The notes below the pieces were generated by a model that worked only from the letters and a program-made list of their open reading frames with translations, was not told where the DNA came from and ran no database searches. The position numbers and the translations under genes are program-made. From Terriglobia bacterium (GTDB lineage Bacteria; Acidobacteriota; Terriglobia; 2-12-FULL-54-10), in the NCBI GenBank assembly GCA_963666975.2, contig CAXVYR010000004.1, forward strand, positions 1,376,001 to 1,440,000: a DNA stretch of 64,000 bases. Reading direction: 5' to 3'. How positions within the stretch are numbered: the stretch's first letter is position 1; the number at the start of each line of letters is the position of its first letter. Positions 12,830-22,120 of this stretch are shown here, piece by piece.

Positions 12830-13480
12830 ATGACGGTGCCCAACCCGACGCCGATCTATCGCCTCATCCATGTAGACAGTCTCCACATCTGTCTCAGGCG
12901 TAGTGGATTGCATGCACCGAATCATACGTCTGATGACGGATTAGTTTACAAAACGATCCATAATGTAGATATTCAGGCAGCGCGTCGGGTCACGTATATA
13001 CCATGTGGACCGCAGGGCGTTATCCATGATTATGTTTCTTTCTACTTTGGATACCTCTCCCCCATGCTTCTTCAGCTTAAAACGGAACGCGTGCCTGGCT
13101 ACAACGAAGGTCAGGAGCCTTTGATTTATCTGATTTCCACTGCGCAAGCGGTCCGTGACGCAGAGGTAAACTTCGTGTTCTCGGACGGACACGGCATCGC
13201 GGCCTTCACGGATTGGTATGACGACTTGGCGGATCTCGATAAAGTGGACTGGGACATGGTTTATCAACGATACTGGCCGGACACCGTGGACGACATGGAC
13301 CGCAAGCGCCGCAAGCAAGCTGAGTTCCTGGTGTACAGGTTCTGTGACTGGCGGGTGATCCATGAAATTGGAGTCTTGAATGATAGGATGAGGAGAGTCG
13401 TCGAAGATATCATGAGCCAGTTTTCAAGCGATTTACAACGGGTGGTCCGCGTAAAACCAGATTGGTATTATTATTCATAA
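12830..13480 (+). CDS. darT: DarT DNA ADP-ribosyltransferase toxin (DUF4433)
   Basis: IYRLIH, HDYVSFYF..LSPML, FSDGH, RKQAEFLV with catalytic Glu; upstream of a macrodomain gene. Confidence 0.92.
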   Translation: MTVPNPTPIYRLIHVDSLHICLRRSGLHAPNHTSDDGLVYKTIHNVDIQAARRVTYIPCGPQGVIHDYVSFYFGYLSPMLLQLKTERVPGYNEGQEPLIYLISTAQAVRDAEVNFVFSDGHGIAAFTDWYDDLADLDKVDWDMVYQRYWPDTVDDMDRKRRKQAEFLVYRFCDWRVIHEIGVLNDRMRRVVEDIMSQFSSDLQRVVRVKPDWYYYS

Positions 13481-13493
13481 GCGGAGATACTCC

Positions 13494-14537
13494 ATGATCA
13501 CAATTACGAAGGGCAACATCATCGAGGGCGATGCCGAAGCTTTGGTCAACACGGTTAATTGTGTGGGTTACATGGGAAAGGGGATTGCCTTGCAGTTCAA
13601 AAAGGCCTTTCCTGAGAATTTCAAAGCTTACGAGAAAGCCTGCCGAGGGAAAGAAGTCCAGCCGGGGAAAATGTTTGTTTTCGATACGAGTTCTTTGGTA
13701 AATCCGAGATATCTCATTAATTTCCCCACAAAACGCCATTGGCGAGGGAAATCGCGGGCAGAGGAAATAGAAGCCGGACTCAGAGCTCTGATTCAGGAAA
13801 TCCGAAAGCGAAACATCCGGTCAATTGCTGTGCCGCCTTTGGGATGTGGGCTTGGTGGATTGGAGTGGAATATTGTTCGTCCGATGATTGAAAGGGCTTT
13901 TTCGGAATTGCCGGATATCCAGGTTTTGCTCTACGAGCCTGTTGGGGCTCCTGAACCCAAGAGGATGCCCGTGCGCACACAACAGCCGAAGATGACGGTT
14001 GCCCGAGCTCTGCTAGTGAAGCTCATGCAACGATACTCCGAATTGGACTATCGGCTAACGCTTCTTGAGATTCAAAAACTTGCTTATTTCCTCCAGGAAG
14101 CTGGAGAGCCTTTACGGCTGAAATTCGAGGCCGGCCATTACGGGCCATATGCACATAATCTCAACAAGGTGTTGGAAACCCTGGAGGGCCATTTCATCCG
14201 GGGCTATGGCGACAGTCAGGCGCCGGATGTCGAAATTGAATTACTTCCTGGAGCTGTGGAAGCGGCAGATTCATACCTTGAGAACCATCGGGATTCTCGG
14301 AAACGCTTGGAAAAAGTTGCTAACCTGATCGAAGGGTTTGAAACACCATACGGAATGGAACTTCTGGCTACTGTACATTGGGTTTCTTTTCATTTGGAAT
14401 TTCCTCCCAAGAATGTTGAGGATGCAGTCCAGGCAGTTCAACGGTGGAGTGAACGCAAGCAGCGTATGTTTCGTCCCGGCCACATCCGGGTTGCCTGGGA
14501 GCGGCTCGTTGATACGAATGAGAAATTAGCCGTCTAA
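13494..14537 (+). CDS. darG: DarG macrodomain antitoxin
   Basis: ALVNTVNCVGYMGKGIALQFK, INFPTKRHWR, PPLGCGLGGL, C-terminal LEIQKLAYFLQ and GMELLATVHW. Confidence 0.94.
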   Translation: MITITKGNIIEGDAEALVNTVNCVGYMGKGIALQFKKAFPENFKAYEKACRGKEVQPGKMFVFDTSSLVNPRYLINFPTKRHWRGKSRAEEIEAGLRALIQEIRKRNIRSIAVPPLGCGLGGLEWNIVRPMIERAFSELPDIQVLLYEPVGAPEPKRMPVRTQQPKMTVARALLVKLMQRYSELDYRLTLLEIQKLAYFLQEAGEPLRLKFEAGHYGPYAHNLNKVLETLEGHFIRGYGDSQAPDVEIELLPGAVEAADSYLENHRDSRKRLEKVANLIEGFETPYGMELLATVHWVSFHLEFPPKNVEDAVQAVQRWSERKQRMFRPGHIRVAWERLVDTNEKLAV

Positions 14538-14559
14538 TCAACCGCGTGTCCCTGCTCTA

Positions 14560-15126
14560 TCATTTCGGTGAAAGCTGCTGGCGGAAGACCTCCAGCGCCG
14601 CCGGAACCGAGTCTGCCTGAAAGACCACTCCCTGGGATTTTGGGTCGGCGGTCTCGATCTGCTCCACCACCGGCCGCCAGAATTCTCCCAGGACAACCAG
14701 CGGCCTGCGGGGCAAAATGCGTTTGTGCATCATCTCCCAGGCAACCGCCAACTCCACCAGCGTTCCTGTCCCTCCTGGGCAGGCCACGTAGCCGTCGCCG
14801 ATCGCGATCAACCTCCGCAGCCGCTGCTCCCAGTTTTCAACCACAATTTCCTGCTGAACCCACCGGTTGGGTTTGCTGGAGAAGGAACTGGCCAGTACTC
14901 CGACCACGTGCCCTCCCGCTTCCGCCGCGCCGCGCGAGACGGCCTCCATCACGCCGCCATATCCGCCGCTGGCCACGGCGAACCCGGCTTGAGCCAGCGC
15001 TTCGCCCAATTGGCGGGCCAGCCGGTAGGGCTCACTCGATTCGGTGGAGCGAGAGCTTCCAAAGACGGTGATGATGGGGGAATCAGCGGAGGAGGAAAAA
15101 GCCGGCGAAGAAGGATGTGGAGACAC
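14560..15126 (-). CDS. LOG-family (Rossmann-fold) protein; probable GTG start at 15126
   Basis: ITVFGSSR, SGGYGGVMEAVSRGA, PGGTGTLVEL. Confidence 0.9.
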   Translation of the reverse strand: MSPHPSSPAFSSSADSPIITVFGSSRSTESSEPYRLARQLGEALAQAGFAVASGGYGGVMEAVSRGAAEAGGHVVGVLASSFSSKPNRWVQQEIVVENWEQRLRRLIAIGDGYVACPGGTGTLVELAVAWEMMHKRILPRRPLVVLGEFWRPVVEQIETADPKSQGVVFQADSVPAALEVFRQQLSPK

Positions 15127-15142
15127 GTTGAGGGAGGAGACG

Positions 15143-15667
15143 CTACCGCATTCGCGGAGACCACTTCTGATCCACGATGCGTTTAATCTGCCGGTTGGAG
15201 ACCCCCGTGTTGTGCTGTCGTTGCGCCTCCAGCGCAATCTGGCGGCAGAGCAGTCAGGTGGCGCCGTGGTTGTCCGTGAAGCAGTCCAGATTATTGCGGT
15301 GCCCGGAAGTGCCATAGCAGCCGCAATAGCAAGGCATGTGTTCCAGGACCTCCGGGATGTCCTTGGCTACTTGATAGGACCGCGACACCTCGGGATCGGA
15401 GAAGCCCTTCGGGCTCAGGCTAACGGGGCGCGGGGTTTTCGGCCCAGCGGGCAACACCAAGCGATTCCTCAGCGTGGAATCGGTTGCGGAAGAGGCGGTC
15501 TGAGCCGGTTCGCTGGACGTTTGCCCGGCCCCGGAAGACTCCTGGCTGACGCCAAAATAGGTGAAGACCACTCCTGCCAGCACGATCCCGGCTACAGCTC
15601 CATACCAAACCTTGGCGTTTTTGCGCCGCGAGCTGGAGGAGGTTTGAGCCTTTTTGTGTTTCGACAT
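15143..15667 (-). CDS. PCYCGC/CYCxC-family membrane-anchored protein, probable selenoprotein (174 aa, Sec at TGA 15254-15256)
   Basis: N-terminal TM, PCYCGC, HRNNLDCF, then HGAT-TGA-LLC; the frame stays open 36 codons to TAG; hairpin at 15221-15237. Confidence 0.85.
15215..15253 (-). promoter_or_regulatory. Candidate bacterial SECIS element
   Basis: UUGCGC-UGGAG-GCGCAA stem-loop beginning 16 nt 3' of the UGA, with G at the 5' side of the loop. Confidence 0.65.
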
Positions 15668-15913
15668 CTGTAAGCAAAATCTAACATACTCGTGCCGTGC
15701 TTTCCAGCTATTTTAACAAATATTGCCTGGTCAAGCTGGCCGGCCAGGTTTGGATGAGGCTGCTTTATAGTTCCGCCCCCGGTGTAGCAGGAAATAGTTC
15801 CGTCGGGGAATCAACGGAAATAAGAAATTGCTGCTAACAGCCACAGCCTTTTCATTTACAATATAAGGTCCCATTTATTTCGCCGCATCTTTGTCGGCTC
15901 CTAGATCCTGACG

Positions 15914-18445
15914 ATGGCCTCGATCAACAAACATATTGAAAAAGCCGAACGCCTCCTCCAGAAGGGAAAAGTGGACGCGGCCCTTGCGGAGTTCCTGATC
16001 GCCTGGAAAGAGGAGCCGGACAACGACACCCTCGTCCAGACGGTGGCCGAACTCTACCATCAACAGAAGAAACTGAAGGAATGCCGGCAGTGCTACGGGT
16101 ATCTGTTCGACAAGTACGCGGAAAGGCAGGAGGGAGCAAGGGCGGTCGATATCTTCCAGAAGATGAAGAAGCTGGGGCCGGTCGAGCCCAAGCGCTCGCT
16201 GGCTTGCGCCCAGTTTCTGGAAAAAAAGAACCCCAAAGAAGCGACCGGGCTGTACCGCCAAGTCCTGGACACGGCGGGCGGACAGAGTCCAGAGATTGCC
16301 ATAAAATGCCTGCAAGGATTGTCGAAACTGCAACCGGACTCTTTAGAGGTCCAGCAGCAGACTGCCGCTTTGGCCTCGCAGACGGGCGACACGGCCCTGG
16401 CATCCTCCGCCTACCAGAAGGTAGCGGAGATGCTGAGCCAGCAAGGAAAGGATGCCGAGGCAGTAGAGGCTCTGGAGAAGGTCTACCGGCTGTCGGGGAA
16501 CAATCCGGCTGCGCAGGTTTCCCTCGCCCAGGCCTACGCGAAGACGGGAAAGTTTGAGTCCATACTGGAGCTTTTGGGAAATGCAGAGGAAAAATCCGAT
16601 GACCCCGAATTGCTAAGAGTGCTGGCAGATGCCTGCCGCGCCGGGAAACAATTGGAGCGAGCGGAGGCCATTTACTGGAAACTGCTGAAAAAATCCCCCG
16701 CAACGATTGATCCTTTGCTTGAGATCGCGCTGGGGTACATCCACCAGGACAACATTCCCCCGGCGCTCCGATTGCTGAATAGCCTCAAGAAAGAACTCAC
16801 AGCCCGCGGACGGCAAAACGACCTGGTCGCCTTCGCCGATAAGTTGGGCCGTATTTCACACACCAATATTTCTTTCCTGGAGTTCTTATGCGGTTTGCTG
16901 GAAGAACTCCACTACGACAGCCCGCTGTCCAATGCATTGAACGGCCTCTTTGATCTCTACTTCGCAGCCGGGCAGTTCCCGAAGGCTATCAACGTGCTGC
17001 ACCGGCTGATCGATTTGGATTCCTACGATCCGCAGTGCGCCGCTAAACTCGACCGGCTGAAAGGAAAGGCGGATCCGGGAGCCTGGAACGATCTTGCGGC
17101 TCGATTGGGAAAGAGTCCCTCCTCCGCCGGGAGTTCTGCCACAGGCTCGGCGTCCGCTACAGGAGTTGCCACCGGCCAAACCGGAGGCGAGGACGGAGGG
17201 AATGTGCTGGACGACTTGATCCTCCAGGCGGAAATCTACGTGCAATATAAACTGGACGCCAAGGCCCGGGAGCGTCTGGAGCGCATTGCCAAGCTGTTTC
17301 CGCGCGAGGAAGAAAAAAACGAGCGGCTGCGGAGACTGTTCACGCAGGCCCGCTTCGCCCCCAAATATCCGGACCTGCCCGCGAAAGCGGCTCCAGCGGA
17401 GCCGGCGCGCCCTGGGGTTGATTTGAGCCGTGTGTCGGAGGTCAACCGCAATCTTTTCCGGCAAGGTACGGTGAAGAGCGTGCTCTTTGCCGCAGTGAAT
17501 GATGTGGGCCGGCTCTGGCAGGCAGACCGCTGTGTGGTCGGCTTAGGGGCTCCTGGCCGCCCCCCCAGCATGGCGCTGGAATACATCTCGCCATCCATTG
17601 AGCCCTCCGATCCCAGATCGCTGGGGAAGCTGGTGATGGGGCTGCAGCAGATCATCAAAGACCAGAGCGACCCCTTGGCTGCCGAGAACGCAGCGGAGGC
17701 TCCGCAACTCGCCGAGTTGAAGAGCTTGCTCGCCGCCTCGCAGGTGAAATCTCTGGCGGCGATTCCGTTGCGGGACGCCGACCAACTCATCGGCATCATG
17801 ATTCTTGAGCAATGCAGCAAGCCCCGTTCCTGGGGAGCGAACGACTTGGCCGGGTTGGAAGCCATCGCCGGGCAGGTTGTTCTCGCTCTCTCCAACGCGC
17901 GCCTCCGCAGTCTGATGAAAACCCTGGCCGTTACCGATGAGCGTTCCGGCCTGCTCCATCGCGACTCCTACCTGACCTGCTTGTTGTCGGAAGCCGAACG
18001 GATGTCGGCGCAGAAGACGGCGCTGACGGCGGCCCTGCTCCAGTTTTCCGCAGAGGGCCAGTTGTCGCGCCAGCAACGGGAGCAAATTCTGGACCAATTC
18101 ATGAAGGAATGCGCGGGCACGCTGGCCTCTCAGCTCCGGCAAAGCGACATTGCCGTGCAATACAGCAAAGACACCCTGGCGTTGATTATGCCCGGCACCA
18201 ACGGGAAGAACGCTGTCTCGGCGATAGAAAAGCTGAGGAAGACACTGTCAACCATTCATTTGCCCAACGCCAATGGTCCCCCGCAGATGCTTGCCGGCAT
18301 TGGACAAGCCGTGGATGCGGCGGAGATGGACGGCGCCGATATTGTGACCGAGTTGATTAACCGGCTGGAATGCGCCTTGGAAGATGCGAAACAGTCGGGC
18401 GACAATGGCAGCAAACTTCTGGAGCCGCCAGGGATTTCAAGCTAA
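15914..18445 (+). CDS. TPR-repeat + GAF + degenerate GGDEF-domain protein
   Basis: N-terminal TPR-like helical repeats; GAF (ADRC...LAAIPL); TDERSGLLHR and RQSDIAVQYSKDT in place of RxGGDEF. Confidence 0.85.
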   Translation: MASINKHIEKAERLLQKGKVDAALAEFLIAWKEEPDNDTLVQTVAELYHQQKKLKECRQCYGYLFDKYAERQEGARAVDIFQKMKKLGPVEPKRSLACAQFLEKKNPKEATGLYRQVLDTAGGQSPEIAIKCLQGLSKLQPDSLEVQQQTAALASQTGDTALASSAYQKVAEMLSQQGKDAEAVEALEKVYRLSGNNPAAQVSLAQAYAKTGKFESILELLGNAEEKSDDPELLRVLADACRAGKQLERAEAIYWKLLKKSPATIDPLLEIALGYIHQDNIPPALRLLNSLKKELTARGRQNDLVAFADKLGRISHTNISFLEFLCGLLEELHYDSPLSNALNGLFDLYFAAGQFPKAINVLHRLIDLDSYDPQCAAKLDRLKGKADPGAWNDLAARLGKSPSSAGSSATGSASATGVATGQTGGEDGGNVLDDLILQAEIYVQYKLDAKARERLERIAKLFPREEEKNERLRRLFTQARFAPKYPDLPAKAAPAEPARPGVDLSRVSEVNRNLFRQGTVKSVLFAAVNDVGRLWQADRCVVGLGAPGRPPSMALEYISPSIEPSDPRSLGKLVMGLQQIIKDQSDPLAAENAAEAPQLAELKSLLAASQVKSLAAIPLRDADQLIGIMILEQCSKPRSWGANDLAGLEAIAGQVVLALSNARLRSLMKTLAVTDERSGLLHRDSYLTCLLSEAERMSAQKTALTAALLQFSAEGQLSRQQREQILDQFMKECAGTLASQLRQSDIAVQYSKDTLALIMPGTNGKNAVSAIEKLRKTLSTIHLPNANGPPQMLAGIGQAVDAAEMDGADIVTELINRLECALEDAKQSGDNGSKLLEPPGISS

Positions 18446-18491
18446 ACAGACGGGGAAAATACGGGCGGGAGAATAAAGAGGCTAATTTGGA

Positions 18492-19385
18492 ATGGAAATC
18501 CGTCAAGTAGGTGTCGTGGGATGCGGGTTAATGGGCTCGGGAATTGCCCAGGTGGTTGCTACAGCAGGTTTTGAGACCATCGTGGTGGAAGCGAATCAGC
18601 AACTGTGCGACCGCGGAATCAGCAATATCGAAAAGGGGCTGGAGCGTCTGGTCCGCAAAGCCTCTCTTTCGGAGGAGCAAAAGACAGCGATTCGGGGGCG
18701 TCTGCGGGCCACAACCGATCCATCCCAGCTTTCAAAATGCGACTTGGTCATTGAGGCCATCATAGAAAACCTGGAGGAGAAAACCAAGTTGTGGCGGTCG
18801 CTCGACGGGATTCTCAAGCCGGAGGCGATTCTGGCCAGCAACACCTCCTCGCTTTCCGTCACGGAAATGATGATCGCCACCAGCCGCCCAGAGCGCTTCG
18901 TGGGCATGCACTTCTTTAATCCCGTCCCGGTGCTGGAGTTGGTGGAGGTGGTGAAGACCGTCGCCACCGACCCGCAGGTTTATGAAACGGCGATCGCTTT
19001 CACCCAGAAGCTGGGTAAAACGCCGGTGCGCACCTCGGACCGTGCCGGCTTTATTGTGAACCGGCTCTTGGTTCCTTACCTGCTGGATGCCATCCGGGCC
19101 CTGGAAGAAGGCGCAGGCTCCATCACCGACATCGACAAGTCGATGAAGCTCGGTTGCGCCCATCCGATGGGTCCGTTCGTGTTGCTGGACTTCGTGGGCC
19201 TGGATACAACCTATTACATCGCCAACATCCTCTTTGACGAGTTTCGCGAGCCGCGCTTTGCGCCTCCCGGCCTGCTGAAGCGGCTGGTGAAGGCGGGCTG
19301 GCACGGGCGCAAGACGGGGAAAGGCTTCTACGACTATTCCGACCCAAAGGCCCCGAAGCCCTTGGACCAGTTTCAGCCCCTGTAG
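18492..19385 (+). CDS. hbd: 3-hydroxybutyryl-CoA dehydrogenase
   Basis: GCGLMGSG, EAIIE, ASNTSS, GMHFFNP, GFIVNR, HPMGP. Confidence 0.93.
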   Translation: MEIRQVGVVGCGLMGSGIAQVVATAGFETIVVEANQQLCDRGISNIEKGLERLVRKASLSEEQKTAIRGRLRATTDPSQLSKCDLVIEAIIENLEEKTKLWRSLDGILKPEAILASNTSSLSVTEMMIATSRPERFVGMHFFNPVPVLELVEVVKTVATDPQVYETAIAFTQKLGKTPVRTSDRAGFIVNRLLVPYLLDAIRALEEGAGSITDIDKSMKLGCAHPMGPFVLLDFVGLDTTYYIANILFDEFREPRFAPPGLLKRLVKAGWHGRKTGKGFYDYSDPKAPKPLDQFQPL

Positions 19386-19515
19386 CGACGGGCGCTCCGG
19401 CCCGTCCATCGAGAAGTAAATCCTCAAACTCTGCCCCCTGTTTGTTGCCAGGGGCGGAAAATTTCCGGTGAATGGAGTGGCGGCTGTTGACCGGACCAGC
19501 AAAGGTGGACCCAAC

Positions 19516-20298
19516 ATGTCCTATGAAAACCTATTGGTCGAAACGTGCGAACACATCGCCACAGTAACCGTCAACCGGCCCAAGGTGCTGAATGCGCTGA
19601 ACCGGAAAACCGTGGAAGAGTTGGACGCTTGTTTCCGCTCTCTCCAGCAGGACGAAGACGTGAGGGCGGTGATTGTCACCGGCGCCGGTGAGAAGGCTTT
19701 CATCGCCGGAGCCGACATCAAAGAACTGGCAACCTATAGCCCCCAGGAAGCGAAGGAGTGTTCCATCCAGGGACAAGCCGTTCTGAACCGCATCGAGAAC
19801 CTGGGCAAGCCGTCCATCGCCGCCATCAACGGATACGCCCTCGGCGGCGGTTGCGAGCTGGCGCTGGCCTGCACGCTGCGCATCGCCAGCCAGGCGGCGC
19901 GGCTCGGGCAGCCGGAAGTCAAGTTGGGCATCACGCCCGGCTACGGAGGATCGCAACGGCTGCCGCGATTGATCGGCAAAGGGATGGCGCTGCAAATGAT
20001 CCTGAGTGGCGACCCCCTCTCGGCAGAGGAGTCCTTGCGATGGGGGCTGGTGAATCAGGTGGTGCCGCCGGAGGAGTTGCTGCCCGCCGCGGAAGGGATC
20101 GCCAGGAAAATCATTGCCAACTCGCCGCTGGCCGTCCAATATTGCATGGAGGCGGTCGAACAGGGGCTCAATATGTCCATCGATCAAGGGCTCTTTCTGG
20201 AAAGCACGCTGTTTGGAATCAGCTTTGCGACCGAGGACATGCGGGAGGGCACCCGCGCTTTCCTGGAAAAGCGCGCTCCCCGCTTCGCCGGGCGGTGA
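19516..20298 (+). CDS. crt: Enoyl-CoA hydratase (crotonase)
   Basis: NRPKVLNAL, AFIAGADI, GYALGGGCE, QPEVKLG. Confidence 0.92.
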   Translation: MSYENLLVETCEHIATVTVNRPKVLNALNRKTVEELDACFRSLQQDEDVRAVIVTGAGEKAFIAGADIKELATYSPQEAKECSIQGQAVLNRIENLGKPSIAAINGYALGGGCELALACTLRIASQAARLGQPEVKLGITPGYGGSQRLPRLIGKGMALQMILSGDPLSAEESLRWGLVNQVVPPEELLPAAEGIARKIIANSPLAVQYCMEAVEQGLNMSIDQGLFLESTLFGISFATEDMREGTRAFLEKRAPRFAGR

Positions 20299-20327
20299 AA
20301 TCCATTTCAGCACAGGCAGGGTGATGG

Positions 20328-20864
20328 GTGATGGGAAACGCTAAGGGTGAAAACAAAAAATACCGGGAGATTCAGGGCGAGCTGACCGCCGCCGGCTTGC
20401 GCTTTGCGCTGGTGGTCAGCCGCTTCAACGCCTTCATCACCGAGCGGCTGCTCGACGGGGCGTTGGACGCCTTGCACCGCGCCGGTGCGGCCGCCGGCGC
20501 CATCGACGTCGTCCGTGTGCCGGGAGCCTTTGAAATTCCCGTCACGGCCCGGCACCTGGCCGAGTCGGGCCGCTACAACGCCATCGTTTGCCTGGGCGCT
20601 GTCATACGCGGCGACACACCGCACTTTGAACACATCGCGACGGAAGCCTCCAAGGGAATCGCCGCCTCGGCGCTGACCTCGGGCATTCCCATGTCGTTCG
20701 GCGTTCTGACGGTCGAGAACCTGGAGCAGGCCGTGGACCGCGCCGGATTGAAGTCCGGCAACAAGGGGTTTGAAGCCGCCATGACGGCGGTGGAGATGGC
20801 CAACCTGCTGAAAAAAGTGAAAGGCTCTCCTTCCCGGCGAGCGGGCAAACGTTCCCGGAAGTAG
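20328..20864 (+). CDS. ribH: 6,7-dimethyl-8-ribityllumazine synthase
   Basis: [31 protein letters not shown]. Confidence 0.97.
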   Translation: MMGNAKGENKKYREIQGELTAAGLRFALVVSRFNAFITERLLDGALDALHRAGAAAGAIDVVRVPGAFEIPVTARHLAESGRYNAIVCLGAVIRGDTPHFEHIATEASKGIAASALTSGIPMSFGVLTVENLEQAVDRAGLKSGNKGFEAAMTAVEMANLLKKVKGSPSRRAGKRSRK

Positions 20865-20909
20865 GGCTGTCGCCGACAGTTTTCTCCTCTGAGCGCCCGT
20901 GAGTCTCCT

Positions 20910-21485
20910 ATGGGTTCCCGAAGAAAAGCGCGCGAGTTCGCTCTGCAGATGCTCTACCAGTGGGACCTGGGAAAGGATTCCCCGGAAACAGTCGAGCAGT
21001 TGTTCTGGTTGAGCGCTGGGAAGCTCTCGGAGAAAGCTCCAGAGAAAAGTCCGAAAAAGACGGCTAGGAAGACCTCCAGCAAGAAGGCCTCCAAGATCAA
21101 CTTAAAGAAGACGCAGAAGAAAGCCTCCCCTCCGAACGAAGACGACCCGCAGCGCTCCTTTGCCGGTCAATTGTTCACCGGCACCGTGGATGACGTGGAG
21201 CAGATCGACCGCCTGATCCGCGATCATGCCGAGCACTGGCGACTGGAGCGCATGGCCGCAGTCGACCGGAATATTCTTCGGCTGGGATCACAGCGGCTGG
21301 GAATCTACGAGATCAGTCATCACAGCGAAACCCCGCCCGTGGTTGTCATCAACGAAGCCTTGGAGCTGGCCCGGAAATTCAGCGAAGAGGTCTCCGTACA
21401 GTTCATTAATGGGTTGCTGGACCATATCCGCAAGGAGATTGCCAGCGGCCAGCCTGCCGAAACAGCGCCCAATAAAACAGGTTGA
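20910..21485 (+). CDS. nusB: Transcription antitermination factor NusB with a Lys-rich insertion
   Basis: RRKAREFALQMLYQ, WRLERMAAVDRNILRL, VVINEALELA, FINGLLD; located after ribH. Confidence 0.93.
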   Translation: MGSRRKAREFALQMLYQWDLGKDSPETVEQLFWLSAGKLSEKAPEKSPKKTARKTSSKKASKINLKKTQKKASPPNEDDPQRSFAGQLFTGTVDDVEQIDRLIRDHAEHWRLERMAAVDRNILRLGSQRLGIYEISHHSETPPVVVINEALELARKFSEEVSVQFINGLLDHIRKEIASGQPAETAPNKTG

Positions 21486-21587
21486 AACAGATACGATTCC
21501 CGTAGAAAAAAGCATTTAGTGAGGTAAAATTTATATATACAGGCAGACCTGATAGAGTTCGGCAGCACGCCGGAAAAAGGAGGTCTC

Positions 21588-22064
21588 ATGTTTCCCATCA
21601 CCCGTCTGAAGGATTACCTGGAACAAGAAAAGGCTCCCTACCACCACCAGACGCACCGCACGGCATACACCTCTCAGGAAGTTGCAGCGGAAGAGCACAT
21701 TCCCGGCAAGATGGTAGCGAAGAGCGTGGTCATTAAAATAGATAACACTTTCGCTTTGGCTGTTCTGCCCGCCCCGTCGCGGGTGGACGTACCGGTGCTG
21801 AAAGTATCCCTCCGGGCCAGAGACCTGCGGCTGGCGACGGAGTTTGAGTTTGCGGGGCTGTTCACGGACTGCGAGGTCGGCGCCATGCCGCCCTTCGGCA
21901 ATCTCTACGGTTTGCCTGTATACGTGGAGCAGTCCCTCACCGAGGACGAGGAGATCATCTTCAACGCAGGAACGCATCAGGACACCATCCGCATGAAGTA
22001 TGCGGATTTTGCCCGCCTGGTTCGCCCCCAAGTCATCGGGTTCGCCAGGGGACACGCCGCCTGA
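21588..22064 (+). CDS. YbaK/ProX-family aminoacyl-tRNA deacylase
   Basis: VAKSV, DCEVGAMPPFG, FNAGTH. Confidence 0.9.
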   Translation: MFPITRLKDYLEQEKAPYHHQTHRTAYTSQEVAAEEHIPGKMVAKSVVIKIDNTFALAVLPAPSRVDVPVLKVSLRARDLRLATEFEFAGLFTDCEVGAMPPFGNLYGLPVYVEQSLTEDEEIIFNAGTHQDTIRMKYADFARLVRPQVIGFARGHAA

Positions 22065-22120
22065 GAGGGCAGCCGGTTCCTGGGTAACAAACAAAAGCGC
22101 CGCGAGACTGCTCACCGGAC

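Noticed and set aside
15127-15315. N-terminal extension of the LOG ORF given in the track
   Set aside because: It overlaps the read-through tail of the PCYCGC gene in another frame; LOG homology starts after about 15080
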